64,000 nt of DNA, from NCBI RefSeq assembly GCF_009914755.1, contig NC_060939.1; one strand, 5' to 3'. This document shows, in pieces, positions 1 to 22,901 of this stretch. The notes under the pieces were generated by a model. The model worked only from the letters and a program-made list of their open reading frames with translations, was not told where the DNA came from and did no database searches. Position 1 is the first letter of the stretch. Each line of letters begins with the position of its first letter. The translations under genes were made by a program, and so were the position numbers. The stretch is from the human T2T-CHM13v2.0 reference genome, Homo sapiens.

Positions 1-4407
<4,407 letters not shown>

Positions 4408-4495
4408 CTTTGCCTTTAGTTGGTTTCTTGTTTGGAGTATCAGTTGAAACAGTTAATTCAATATTATCTGGATCGCCTCCTTCCTCTTCAATAGC
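4408..4495 (-). CDS. SLTM: SLTM coding exon 2 (88 nt, AIEEEGGDPDNIELTVSTDTPNKKPTKGK+G)
   Basis: Acceptor ctctttctaatgtag|GCT continues exon 1 in frame, giving RLKQ-AIEEEGG as in SAFB-family proteins. Donor AAG|GTTGTT. Confidence 0.92.
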
Positions 4496-5099
4496 CTACA
4501 TTAGAAAGAGAAGTTAATATGCTACACAATCTATCTAAACTTATTTTATAAAAACGAAATGAAAAAAAATTTAGCAAACCTCAAGCCTCAAGACATTAGA
4601 ATTGCCAGTCATTTCATCAACCGACTTCAAAAATGAGCAATTAAACTACACGAAAGAGTGAGAGAAACTTTCAGGGGAAAAAAATCATTAGGTATCAAAA
4701 TCGCAAGGAGTTTTAAATTCTACCGTGTCAAGATAATTAAATATCACATCATACTGGCCAAAAATCCAAATATGTTCTATTGCAGAAAAGTTGCTAGCTA
4801 CTAAAGTAAATAACTAAAAAGAGTTTTCCTAGTTTCTGTAATGCAAACTTACTGCTCCTCTGCTACAATTCCAACGCTCACTCAAACCAGAAAGCTAATC
4901 AGGAAAGAAAAAGTAATTATTGCGCTGATGCAAAAACTAAAAGCCTAGTGGAAAACAAAAACTCTGTCACCCACCCATCAACTCCCACTACCAATTCCCC
5001 CTCAAGATGGGGAAGAAACGGTTGGGCACAATTAAACGGTAACTTCGCAGAAGTCACCAAAGTAACCATTCCCTCTGAGGCCAAGAAATGCACACGCTC

Positions 5100-6130
5100 A
5101 CCATGGCTAAAGGCTGGGGAGCCAGCGCCTCCCAGGTCTCCGCGATCGCCCTTGGGAGGCCGCGCCGGCCGGCCGCAACCCTCGCAGCCTGGCGGGGACG
5201 TCCCGGGGAGGCGGAGGCACGCTGGGCTGCGGTGGCCGGTCCCTCGCAGGCCCGGCCCGGCCCGGGGCGCGGGGCGGGGGCACCGCGGAAGGGTCCCCGT
5301 CCTCCACGCTCGCGGGAGCCGCCCCTGGCCTCCCTACCATGCCGTTCCGCAGGTCCCAGCGGCTGCGGGCAGCCGGAGGCTGCGGCGGAAGCGGGGCGCC
5401 GAGGCGCGGCCTAAGTTCCCCTTCCCGGTCCTTTCCGGTCCTCGCCGGGCCTCACCTGCTTGAGTCGGGAGATGAGCACGGTCTTGACTCCGGTGATGTC
5501 TAAGTTCCGCCGCTTCAGCTCGGACTTCAGATCGATGACCCGCAGATCGGTGATCTTTTTACCTTCCGCCTGACCCGAGGCGGCCGAGGCTGCCACCGCA
5601 CCGGTAGCGGCAGCCATCTTAGAAGAGCAGCGCGCTGCCGAGGCAGCGAGTGGGCTGCAGGGCGGCGGCAGCAGCGCCAACTTCCACCCAGGCCTCGGCG
5701 GCCGCCGGCGCCGCGCAGCGCTGCGCACAATGAGCCGCTGGCCCCTCCCCCGGTCCGCCACCCTAGCGCAACCTGCAGCAGCCGCCAGCACCCGGATGAC
5801 GGCCGCGCGTGCGCGTTGGCGCAGGGACCGGCAGCGGCGCGCTCGGTCGAGCGGGCCGCGGCCACTTGGGCGGTGCGCTCCCTTGTGTGGACTGGGAGGT
5901 CGGGCACGTCCTACCGCAGCAACGTCCGCCGCGCCGCCGTTCTCTCGTCGCTTCGTTAGCCATTTTCTTGCAACGTCTTGAGTCTTGAGCAACAACGATG
6001 TGCGGGCACTGAATGACATAGTGCGCGCGTTACTCAACACAAACCGAGGGGGCGCGTGCGCGCGCTGAACCTCTCAAGGAAATACTTTATCAGTTCTGCT
6101 GAATAATCGAAAAATTGTCGCCGGTGTGCA
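5100..6130. promoter_or_regulatory. SLTM: SLTM CpG island / promoter and 5'UTR (TSS probably near 5730, minus strand)
   Basis: Very GC- and CpG-rich. NRF1-type GCGCGTGCGC at 5804-5813 and 6052-6061. YY1-type GCCATNTT at 5613-5620 (over the ATG) and ~5959-5966. GC boxes. Confidence 0.9.
5456..5617 (-). CDS. SLTM: SLTM coding exon 1 (54 codons; N-terminus and SAP domain)
   Basis: Translates [54 protein letters not shown], a SAF-B-family SAP motif. ATG at 5617-5615 in AAGATGG context. Phase-0 donor CAG|GTGAGG, with GT at 5455-5454. Confidence 0.96.
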
Positions 6131-6749
6131 CCAACGAACTAGGTTCCCCGAGTTCCATTCAAAAGACCTCAAAGCAGTTCTAGGGCTGTTAGTCCAAAGA
6201 ATAGGAAGGGCTGGCCTTTGACACATGGCTCATTGGCTGTCTCAGGAGAAAACATCATCGCCCTGCCCATGGCAGCTTAGGTTATTCTAGGGCTGCCCTT
6301 CCTCACTTGAAAAACAGGAAAACTTCTTTCTTGTTGGCCTCAGGTTTGCTATCCTCCCCGGTAGACCTGATGGCTCAACACGAAATTGTTCAATGAAAGA
6401 GAAAACTAGCTTATAAGTACTTGTTGCCGTTATCATATACTGTGTTCACTATTTTGCCCCCCAAAATTTGGGATTCCAAGAACAGTGAGCATCTTCTTAT
6501 GGAGGATCGGCCTGTACAAGTGAGTACCTATTTGTAATTTTACCTTGTATTATTCATTATCAAAGTGCAAGCATTGATAAAATAAAACGATTCTATAAAT
6601 TCCATAAGGTGATTATGATGCACAATTAACTATACTGTATTTCCTGGTTTTACAACTTAAATTCCTGAGATCTGACTCACTTTAGGTTACTTTTTCTGAT
6701 TGGCTCAAAAAAAAGGAAGACTGGACATTATAAAAGAATACCTGACATT

Positions 6750-6950
6750 AGGGTAGTTCTTTACAGTTTATAAGGCACTTTGACGTACAGTAACCCCCTT
6801 AATCCTTCCCAAGTCTGTCAAGTAAATCTCCGTGAGGCTTAGAGAGATTAAATGACTTGCCCATGTTCACACAGCTGGTATGTGGCCGAGCTGTGCTCAA
6901 ATCCCAGGCTCCTGATTCCAAATCCAGCTCTGTCTCTGCTACAACATTGG
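6750..6950 (-). mobile_element. MIR
   Basis: gaggcttagagagattaaatgacttgcccatgttcacacagct core. Confidence 0.75.
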
Positions 6951-7004
6951 ATTCACAATAATAGAAGTTTAGAATGCAAGACTCCTTAGAAATCTTCTGG
7001 CCCA

Positions 7005-9170
<2,166 letters not shown>

Positions 9171-10330
9171 CTTACTTTTGAGACACTAAAGGACTGCTCT
9201 CTAGAAGAAAACATGAACTTAGAGTAAGGAAAGCCTTGCAAAGACTGCAGCCATCTTGATGTCATGCTAATGACATGAAGTCATGTTGTAAGACCTAACG
9301 GTGTCATATTAATGCCACTGCTACCTAGCAGAAGCAAATGTAAATTATCCTTGAAGGGACATACAACAAATTACCTATGTTCACAAGTTGCTTTTACAAA
9401 TATTTTTTAAATTACAGTGTCTAGGCCAGGCACGGTGGCTCACGCCTGTAATCCCAGCTCTTTGGGAGGCCGAGGCGGGAGGATCACCTGACGTCAGGAG
9501 TTCGAGACCAGCCTGGCCAACATGGTGAAACCCCGTCTCTACTAAAAATACCAAAAGTAGCCAAGCATGGTGACAGGCGCCTGTAGTTCCAGCTACTCAG
9601 GAGGCTGAGGCAGGAGAATCGCTTGAACCGGGTGGCAGAGGTTGCGATGAGTTGAGATTGCACCACTGCACTCCAGCCTAGGCAACAGAGCAAGACTCCA
9701 TCTAAAACATAAATAAATAAATAAATATCTGCCTCTTAGGACACAGAATAGAGGATTGGAGAAGGGAGAAATTGGAGATATCCAGCACAGACAGTGAGGG
9801 ACAGACAGAATTCAGAGAGAAATCCAAAATAATTGTAGTTGAAATTTCAGAAAGAAAAGAGAATGGGGTCAAACCAATCTCTGAAGAGATCATAGATGAA
9901 AATTTTCTAAAATTTAAGAAACATATCGATCCATAGATTCAAGAAGTTCAACAAAGCCCAAGTAGGATACATTTTAAAATCATGCAAGACACATCATAGT
10001 GAAACTACAGAAGAAGATCAAAGAGAAAATCTTAAAGGAGGCAGAGAAAAACATTAGATTGCCTTCATAGGAGCAAATATAAGATAAATGTTTACTTTTT
10101 TTTTTTTTTTTTTGAGATGGAGTCTTGCCACTGGAGTGCAGTGGTGTGATCTTAGCTGACTGCAACCTCCGCCTTCCAGGTTCAAGCGATTCTCCTGCCT
10201 CAGCCTCCTGAGTAGCTGGGACTGCAGGTGTATGCCACCATGCCCAGCTAATTTTTGTATTTTTAGTAGAGACAGGGTTTCACCGTGTTGGCCAGGATGG
10301 TCTCTATCTCTTGATCTCGTGATCTCATGA

Positions 10331-10636
<306 letters not shown>

Positions 10637-10700
10637 TGATCCACCTGCCTCGGCCTCTCAAAGTGCTGGGATTACAGGTGTGAGCCACCGCGCCCGGGCC

Positions 10701-10731
<31 letters not shown>

Positions 10732-11588
10732 GGAGTCTCACTCTGTCTCCCAGGCTGGAGTGCAGTGCTGCGATCTTGGCTCACTGCAACCTCCACCTTA
10801 CGCATTCAGGTGATTCTCCTGCCTCAGCCTCCTGAGTAGCTGGGATTACAGGCGCACACCACGATGCCCAGTTAGTTGTATTTTTAGTAGAGATGGGGTT
10901 TTGCCATGTTGGCCAGACTGGTCCCGAACTCCTGACCTCGTGATCCACCCACCTGGGCCTCCCAAAGTGCTGGGATTACCGGCGTGAGCCACTGCACCCA
11001 GCGAATATTTACTTTTCAACAGCAAAAAAGGAAATCAGAAGATAGCAGGTTGATGTCTTACCCATACTTAAATAAAATTATAGCTAATAGCAAATAATAA
11101 CTGAGGGAATTAACAATGGGTAGATCTTCATTAAAGGAAATACTAAATGATATCTTGAGAAAGAAGAAAATGATCACAGAAAGGTCAGAGATGCATGTCC
11201 TAATTTCTAGGGTAGTCACTAGTCAAATATTAAAAGACTCTATAACTTTCAAACTAAGATTAAAAAAATCCTCCAGAGAACAAGACAGAAGAGGGGACAT
11301 AGAATCAGTGGGATAATAGAAAGCATGCTGTAAGATAAACATTTAAAAACAAACATAAAAGCAATTACATTAAAGATTAATGGGTTAACTATTCCAGGTA
11401 AAAGATAATTGTCAGTCCAGAAGTTTTTTAACTAGTTAGAAGAACACATTTAAGAAATATACAAAAATGGGCCAGGTGCAGTGGCTTACACCTGTAATCC
11501 CAGCACTTTGGGAGGCCGAGGCAGGCGGATCACGAGGTCAGGAAATCGAGACCATCCTGGCTAAGATGGCGAAACCCCGTCTCTACTA

Positions 11589-12371
<783 letters not shown>

Positions 12372-12482
12372 TATTTACATTATACTTACCAGCTGAGCAT
12401 CCTTAATCCAAAAACCTGAAATCCAAAATGCTCCAATGAGCATTTCCTTTGAATATCATGCTGGTGCTCAAAAAGTTTTGAA

Positions 12483-13535
12483 AGTTGCTTTGGGCAAGGA
12501 TTTCATGACCAAGAACCCAAAAGCAAATGCAATAAAAACAAAAATAAAGAGTTGAGACTTAATTAAACTAAAGAGCTTTTGCACAGCAAAAGGAACAGTC
12601 AGCAGAGTGAATAGACAACCCACAGAGTGGGAGAAAATCTTCATAATCTATACATCTGACAAAGGGCTAATATCCAGAATCTACAAAGAACTCAAACAAA
12701 TCAGTAAGAAAAAAACAAACAATTCCATCAAAAAGTGGGCTAAGGACATGAATAGACAATTCTCAAAAGAAGATATACAATGGCCAACAAACATATGAGA
12801 AAATGCTCAACATCACTAATGATCAGGGAAATGCAAATCAAAACATCAATGCAATACCACCTTACTCCTGCAAGAATGACCATAATCAAAAAACGTCGGT
12901 GTTGGTGTGGATGTGGTGAACAGGGAACACTTTTACACTGCTGGTGGGAACGTAAACTATTACAACCACTATGGAAAACAGTGTGGAGATTTCTTAAAGA
13001 GCTAAAAGTAGAACTACCATTTGATCCAGCATTCCCAGTACTGGGTATCTACTCGGAAAAAAAGTCATCATATGAAAAAGATACTTGCACACACATATTT
13101 ATAACAGCACAATTCACAATTGCAAAATCATGGAACCAACCCAAATGCCCATCAATCAGTGAATAAAGAAACTGCAGTATATTTATATGATGGTCTACTA
13201 CTCAGCCATAAAAAGGAAAGAATTAACGGCATTTGCAGCAACCTGGATGAGATTGGAGACTATTATTTTAAGTGAATTAACTCAGGAATGGAAAACCAAA
13301 CATCGTGTGTTTTCAGTGATATGTGGAAGCTAAGCTATGAGGATGCAAAGGCATATACAATGGATTTTGGGAACTTGGGGGGAAGGGTGGGAGGGGTGCG
13401 AGGGATAAAAGACTACGAATATGGTGCAGTGTATACTGCTCGGGTGATGGGTGCAAAGAAATCTCACAAGTCACCATTAAAGAACTTATTCATGTAACCA
13501 CATACCACCTGTACCCCAATAACTTATGGGAAAGT
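12483..13535 (+). mobile_element. 5'-truncated L1PB-like LINE-1 (ORF2 C-terminus plus 3'UTR)
   Basis: ORF2-like peptides ([29 protein letters not shown]). 12-bp TSD aaaagttttgaa at 12471-12482 and 13536-13547. Confidence 0.9.
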
Positions 13536-14607
13536 AAAAGTTTTGAATTTTGAAGCATTTCAGATTTTTGGATTAGGAATACTCAACCTATGTAGCATTT
13601 GGGTGGGGAACCCACTAAAGATAGAAGACTCTCTTAATATTGAGGAGTAAATCCCCAGGAAGATGGAACAATTCTGTTTCTGTGCACCTAATAACAAAGC
13701 CTTAAAGTACATAACATTTGACAGTTCTACAAAGGAAATTGACAAATCTGCAATTTTTGTAGGAATTTTTTTTGTGGGAGATTTTTAATACACTTCTCAC
13801 AGTAACTAATTTAACAAACAGGCAGAAGATCAGTAAGTACATAAGAGATTTGAACAATACAGTTCACAAATTTGACCTAGTAGACAAACAAATGTAGAAT
13901 ATATATTTTTAAAACCATTCCTGAGCAGTTAGAAATTTGATCTTGTACTACTCATAGAGCAAGCCTCAATATAATTTCAGAGGACTGAAATTACAGAATA
14001 TGTTCTCTGACCACATTGCAATTTAACTGGAAGTAAAGGCAAAAAGATAATTGGAAAATCACCATACATTTGGAAATTAATAAATACACTTTGAAATAAA
14101 CCAAGGGTCAAGAAGAAATCACAATAATGATGAAGATACAACATTTCACAACTGACGGAAAACAGCTAAAGAAGTAATTAGAGGGAAATTTATAGAATTA
14201 AATGCACTTATTGGGAAAGAAGTAAGATTAAAAATAAGCCAAATATATATCTCATTAAGTTAGGAAAAGAATGGCAAAATAAAAGAAGTAGAAGGAAGGG
14301 GATAAAGATAAGAGTAGAAATAAATGAAATATAAAATAAAAATACAATAGAGTGATCCACAAAGCCAAAAACTGGCACTTTGATAAACTTATAAAATTTA
14401 AAAGATTGGCATTTAAAGAAAAAACAGAAAAGACACAAATAATTCATATCAAGAATAAGAAAAAATTTTACACATCATGCAGACATTAAAAATAAGAGAG
14501 AGGTATTAGGAAGCCAACTTCAGGCCACATATTTGAAAATTTACAGCCAGGCACGGTGGCTCACGCCTGTAATCCCAACACTTTGGGAGGCCGAGGCAGG
14601 TGGATCA

Positions 14608-15203
<596 letters not shown>

Positions 15204-15365
15204 TTAGCAAACTGAATATAGCAATATATTTAAAAAGGTAATGCATATGACCAAATTGGCATTATTTTAGGAATGGAAGGTTAGACATTTGAAAAATCAG
15301 CCAATGTCCTTCGACACATTAACAGATTAAAGAAAATCATATGATCGGCCGGGCACAGTGGCTCA

Positions 15366-15860
<495 letters not shown>

Positions 15861-16461
15861 CTACAGTACAATGGAAGACCCTAGCCAGGCCAATGAGGCA
15901 AGGAAAGCAAAATATATGACTGAAAACAATAATCAAGTCATTATCTACAGATGATGTTATTACAAAAGGAATTATTAGAATTCATGAGAGTTTTGCTTTG
16001 TTTCTGAACACAATATCAGTGTACAGCAATGAATTGCATTACCATGTATCAGCCATAAATAAGATGAATTTTTTTTTAAGAGACAGAGTCTCACTATGTT
16101 GCCCAAGCTAAAGCATGGTGGCTATTTACAAGGATGAACATAACTCACTGTAACCTCAAACTCCTGGGGTCAAGTGATCTTCCTGCCTCATCCTCCCAAA
16201 GTACTGGCAGTAGCTGTGACTACAGGCTTACACCACCATGCCCAGCTAATTTTTTTTAATTTTAATTTTTCTTGTAGAGACAGGGTCTTGCTATGTTGCC
16301 TAGGCTGGTCTCAAACTCCTGGGCTTGAGTAATCCTTCTATCTCAGCCTCCCATAGCACTGGGATTATAGGTGTAAGGGACTGCACCCAGCCAACGAAAT
16401 AAAATTTTAAAAAATACACTATTTAAAATTTTTTTCTTTACCTCACAAGTAGAATAAATAA

Positions 16462-16662
<201 letters not shown>

Positions 16663-16843
16663 TAGTAGAGGTGGAATTTCACCATATTGGCCAGGCTGGT
16701 CTCGAACTCCTGACCTCAGGTGATCTGCCTGCCCCAGCCTCCCAAAGTGCTGAGATTACAGGTGTGAGTCACCGCGTCCAGCCAAATTTTTAATATTCAA
16801 TCAAATGTAACCTGGTTATATATTTACAATAACATTTAAATAA

Positions 16844-17107
<264 letters not shown>

Positions 17108-17157
17108 TAATTTTTAGTAGAGACGGGGTTTCACCATGTTAGCCAGGATGGTCTTGA

Positions 17158-17491
<334 letters not shown>

Positions 17492-18730
17492 TGAAAGTGA
17501 TGGGATTACAGGCGTGAGCCACCATGCCTGGAAGAAAATTTTTAAAGACTTAAATAAATGGAGAGGTATCAGGTTTATGAATTTTGAAAACTCAATATTG
17601 TAAAGATGTCGGTTCATCCTAAATCAATATATTTATCAATTCAGACTCAATCAAAATACTAACCATTTTTTTGGAGCGGAATTTGAGAAACTTTTTCAAA
17701 TTTTACATGGGATGCAAATGACCAAGAATAAGCAAAAAGTTTTGAGGAAGGAAAATGATATCAGCATTTGTTCTATGGTACATCAAGCATTATTTTAAAA
17801 TGTGGTGTTAGCAAAGAGATTGACAACTAGGCCAATGGAACAGAATAGAGGGACCCAAAACAGATCCATGCACCTGCTTTTAGACAAAAGTGGCGTTATA
17901 GAGTGGTAATGTGAGGACAACTTTTTCAACAGATTACATTGGGATTACTACTTTACACCAAATATGAAAAAAAATATCCATGTGGATTGGAGACATGAAT
18001 ATGAGGCAAAACAATAATACCACTAGTGTTCAGTGTGCAAGTATAAAATGGGAAATGTAAGCGGAAAAACATACAAGGTAAGAAGTAAAAAGGGCACACA
18101 CAGTGAAGCATGGAAAGGAATCCAGTTGACAAGGACATCACCACCTTAATGCTCTACATTATTCTAGGGAAGTGGGGACAGCAGTCAGTCTACTGTGTAA
18201 TAGTGGAGCTTCCTGGGCCAGAAAGTAGTCTTTTTTGCAAAGGAGGATCTTTTGGAGTTCAGTTTCTGCTGTCAGCTTGCTTGTATACTGAGCTAAGTTA
18301 CCAGAGGGAGGAGGAAATCAGTCCTCAGATTTGTTTCTCCCCAAAGATAGTATTAGGAAAATATTATCAGGACCTTGGATTAGGAAAATATTTATAAGGA
18401 CACAAAAAGCACCACCTACAACGAAAAAGATTGATATAAATAACTACACTAAAATTAATAATTTCTACTCATTAAAAGGTACCACTGAGAGAGTAGAAGA
18501 CAAATTACAAAAGGGAGAGGTATTTAAAACACAGATAACAATAGGTTCATAACCACCATATTCAAAGAACACATAAAAAAAAAAAACCCAGTAGAATAAA
18601 AATGATCAAGGCCGGGCGTGGTGGCTCATGCCTGTAGTCCCAGCACTTTGGGACACCAAGGCCCGTGGACTGCTTAAGGCCAGGAGTTTGAGACCAGCCT
18701 GGCCAACATGGCAAAACCCTGTCTCTACTA

Positions 18731-19091
<361 letters not shown>

Positions 19092-19912
19092 TCAAGATAT
19101 TGCATATTAAAACTGCAATGTTATGTCTTTATACTCCAGCATAATGCCTAAATCAGAGAGAAGAACAATACTAGGTTTTGGCAAGAATATGGAATAATTG
19201 GAACTCTTTAATACTAGGAGAAAAAAATTGGATACAACACTTTAACAAATAGTTTAGACTTATCTAATAAAGTTATAGAACCATATATTCTTTATATTCT
19301 TTGAGTCAAAAATTCACTTCTTTTTTCTTGTGGTTTTTTTGTTTGTTTGTTTGTTTTTTGACTGGATCGCACTGTGTCACCCAGGCTGGGGTGCAGTGCA
19401 ATGGTGCTGTAATGGCTCACTGTAGCCTCGACTTCCTGAACTCAAGGGATACTCCCACTTACATCTCCCAAAGTGCTGGTATTATAGGCATGAGCCATCA
19501 CATCCGGCCCCAAATTCACTTCTAAGTATATGCTCTATAGAAAAACAAATACACATAGCAGCATTATTTGTAATAGTCACAACCTAGAAACCACCCAAAT
19601 ATCTATTAACAGCAGAATGGATAAATTAATTGTGGTATATTCATACAATGCAATACTGTACAATAATTAATATGAAGCAATTATAATGATGTTGAAATAA
19701 ATTACCTTATGTAAGTACATGATGTAAATTCTTTTACATTATGTCAAATAATATATAATGTATCATATCATTTATATGACTGAAATACAAGAAAAAACAA
19801 ATTGTAATATTTAGGGATATATACTGAAGTAGTAAGTCTGTAATGGAAAACAAGGATGTGGTTGCCATACAAGTCAGGATAGTGCTTAATATAGTTGGGA
19901 GGTATAGGGTAG

Positions 19913-20281
<369 letters not shown>

Positions 20282-20544
20282 TAAAATTTCTCTATGTATA
20301 TTATACTCATAATAAAAAAGGTCAAAATGGAAAGCATAGGCTTTGGGGCCATATAATCATGAATTTAAATTCTACTTCTGAGGTGAACAGATGGTGCTAT
20401 ACTTTTGTTTTTAAAACTTAAACAATGTATGTGAAGTGTCTAACATGTAATGAATGCTCAACCTTTGTTAATCCTCAATTCCTTCTGGTATCTATTTTAA
20501 ACCTACCAAAGAATAACTACTGGTATGCTAATCTTCAAAGTGGG

Positions 20545-21395
20545 TGTGATGGCCTTCAAGATGGCCCCCAATCATTCTTTCTCCCAACATTGACATCTTC
20601 AAGTAGCACTGTCCTATGTTGAATAGGGCTGACCTGTGCAACCAACAGGATGTTGAGAAAATGATAGATTTGAACTTTAACGTTAGGCCATAAAAGAGAT
20701 TGTGGCCTCTATCTTTCCCTGTCTTGGGTCATTTGCTCTTGAAGAATCCATCTGCCATGTTGTGAGGATACTTAAGTAGCCCTAAGGCGAAGTCCACACA
20801 GCAAGGAACTGAGGCCTTTTGACAACAACCTGTACCAATTCACCATTCCTTTGAGTCAGCTATCTTGAAATGGGATCCTCCAGTCCCAACAAGCCTTAAG
20901 TGACTGCAGCCCCAGCTAATATCTTGACTATAGCCTTATAAGAGACCCTGAGCCAGAACACCCACTTTTCTGTTTCTTTTTCTTTTTCTTTTTTGAGACA
21001 GGGTTTTGCTGTGTTGCCCAGGCTTGAGTGCAGTGGTACAATCTTGGTCACTGCAACCTACGCTTCCCAGGCTCAAGCCACCCTCCCACCAGCCTCCCAA
21101 GTAGCTGGGACTACAGGTGCATGCCACCACACCCAGATAATTTTTTGTATTTTGTGTAGAGTTGGGGTTTCTCCATGTTGCTCATGTTGGTCTCAAACTC
21201 CTGGACTCAAGTGATACACCTGCCTTGGCCTCCCAAAGTGCTGGGATTACAGGTGTAAGCCACCGTGCCTGGCCCAGAAACATGCACTTAAGCTACTTTT
21301 AACTTCCTGACTCAGAAAAATTGTATATAGTAGTAAATGTTTATTTTTGTGTTACACTCCTAAGTAATTTGTTATGCAGCAATAGATAACCAGTA
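20545..21395 (+). mobile_element. MLT1-type MaLR LTR interrupted by an Alu (~20970-21273)
   Basis: Starts tgtgatggccttcaagatggcccccaat and ends ttgttatgcagcaatagataaccagtaca. Confidence 0.75.
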
Positions 21396-21619
21396 CAAAG
21401 AAGCAAGAAAGTAGGAAACTGAGGAATCTGTGACTTAGTCTGAAAGTTGACTTTGGGGGAGAGGATTTCCAAAGGATAAACAAGGGAGCAAAAAGTAGGC
21501 TGAAATACTGAAGCGAAGAAGGAAAAGGAGATTGCTCAGAGCTGTACTGGGCTAAGAAAAGGCTGTGTATTGAGGAGAAGAGTGTATATGGGATTCTCCA
21601 ACAAGACTTTATTAAGAAC

Positions 21620-22260
21620 ACAGCATTTGCTCTCAGTGTGTATCATTGGAATGCCCACTCCTTGCCAGGTATGGACCAACAATAAGGATACAGAAATGAA
21701 TACAAAAGAGGCCCCGAAGGACAGTCTAGTGGAGAAATAAGCAAACTAACATTTATAATACAATCTAAATACTAAACTACCGTACGATGACCAAAATAGA
21801 AAAGATCTATCAGCCCTAAAATAAATTTGGGACACTTCCTAATGAAGGCGACATCTAAGCTGAGTTTTAAGAGATGAGACAAATGGAAGAAGTGGTAATG
21901 GAGGAGAGAGCAGAAGAACGTGGGGCAATAAGGAGACATGCGCAAGGATGCGGCAGTGAAGACTTTGCAGGTATGCTGCAAGGGGAGAGGAATGGGGAGG
22001 GATGAGACTGGAGAAGTAGCCTGCAGTTTCCCACGTGCATTGAAGTAAGAAAGGAGGCAGAGAGACCCGTTAGGAAGCTATTGGTGTGTTAAAAGAGGTG
22101 GAGTGGGAAGGGATGAATTCCAGAAGTAGAATCGACAGGTCTTAGTTATCAAATGGATACGGAATCATGACATTTCCTGAGATACAAAATACAAATCAAG
22201 AAAGAGATTCATGGTGAGGAAAGAAGTGAGTTGAGTTTAAAGTTAGGAACCTTAAAGTTC
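21620..22260 (-). mobile_element. L2 fragment
   Basis: Purine-rich L2-type sequence (gaccaacaataaggatacagaaatgaa; gagacccgttaggaagctattg). Confidence 0.55.
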
Positions 22261-22409
22261 AGGATTATCCTAAGGAGAGAGCTGGATGCAGTGGTGAGCA
22301 CCTTGAATCCCAGCGACACAGGAAGCTGAGGCAGGAGGATCACTTGAGATCAGGTATTTGAGACTACCCTAGGCAACATAGCAAGACCTAGTCTCAAAAA
22401 AACAAATGA

Positions 22410-22901
<492 letters not shown>

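Noticed and set aside
4948-5981. Several long Arg/Pro/Gly-rich ORFs over the SLTM CpG island
   Set aside because: Explained by stop-codon scarcity in GC-rich DNA; only the SAP-encoding frame is supported.
12607-13497. ORFs resembling a protein-coding gene
   Set aside because: Broken L1 ORF2 C-terminus of a truncated L1PB copy.
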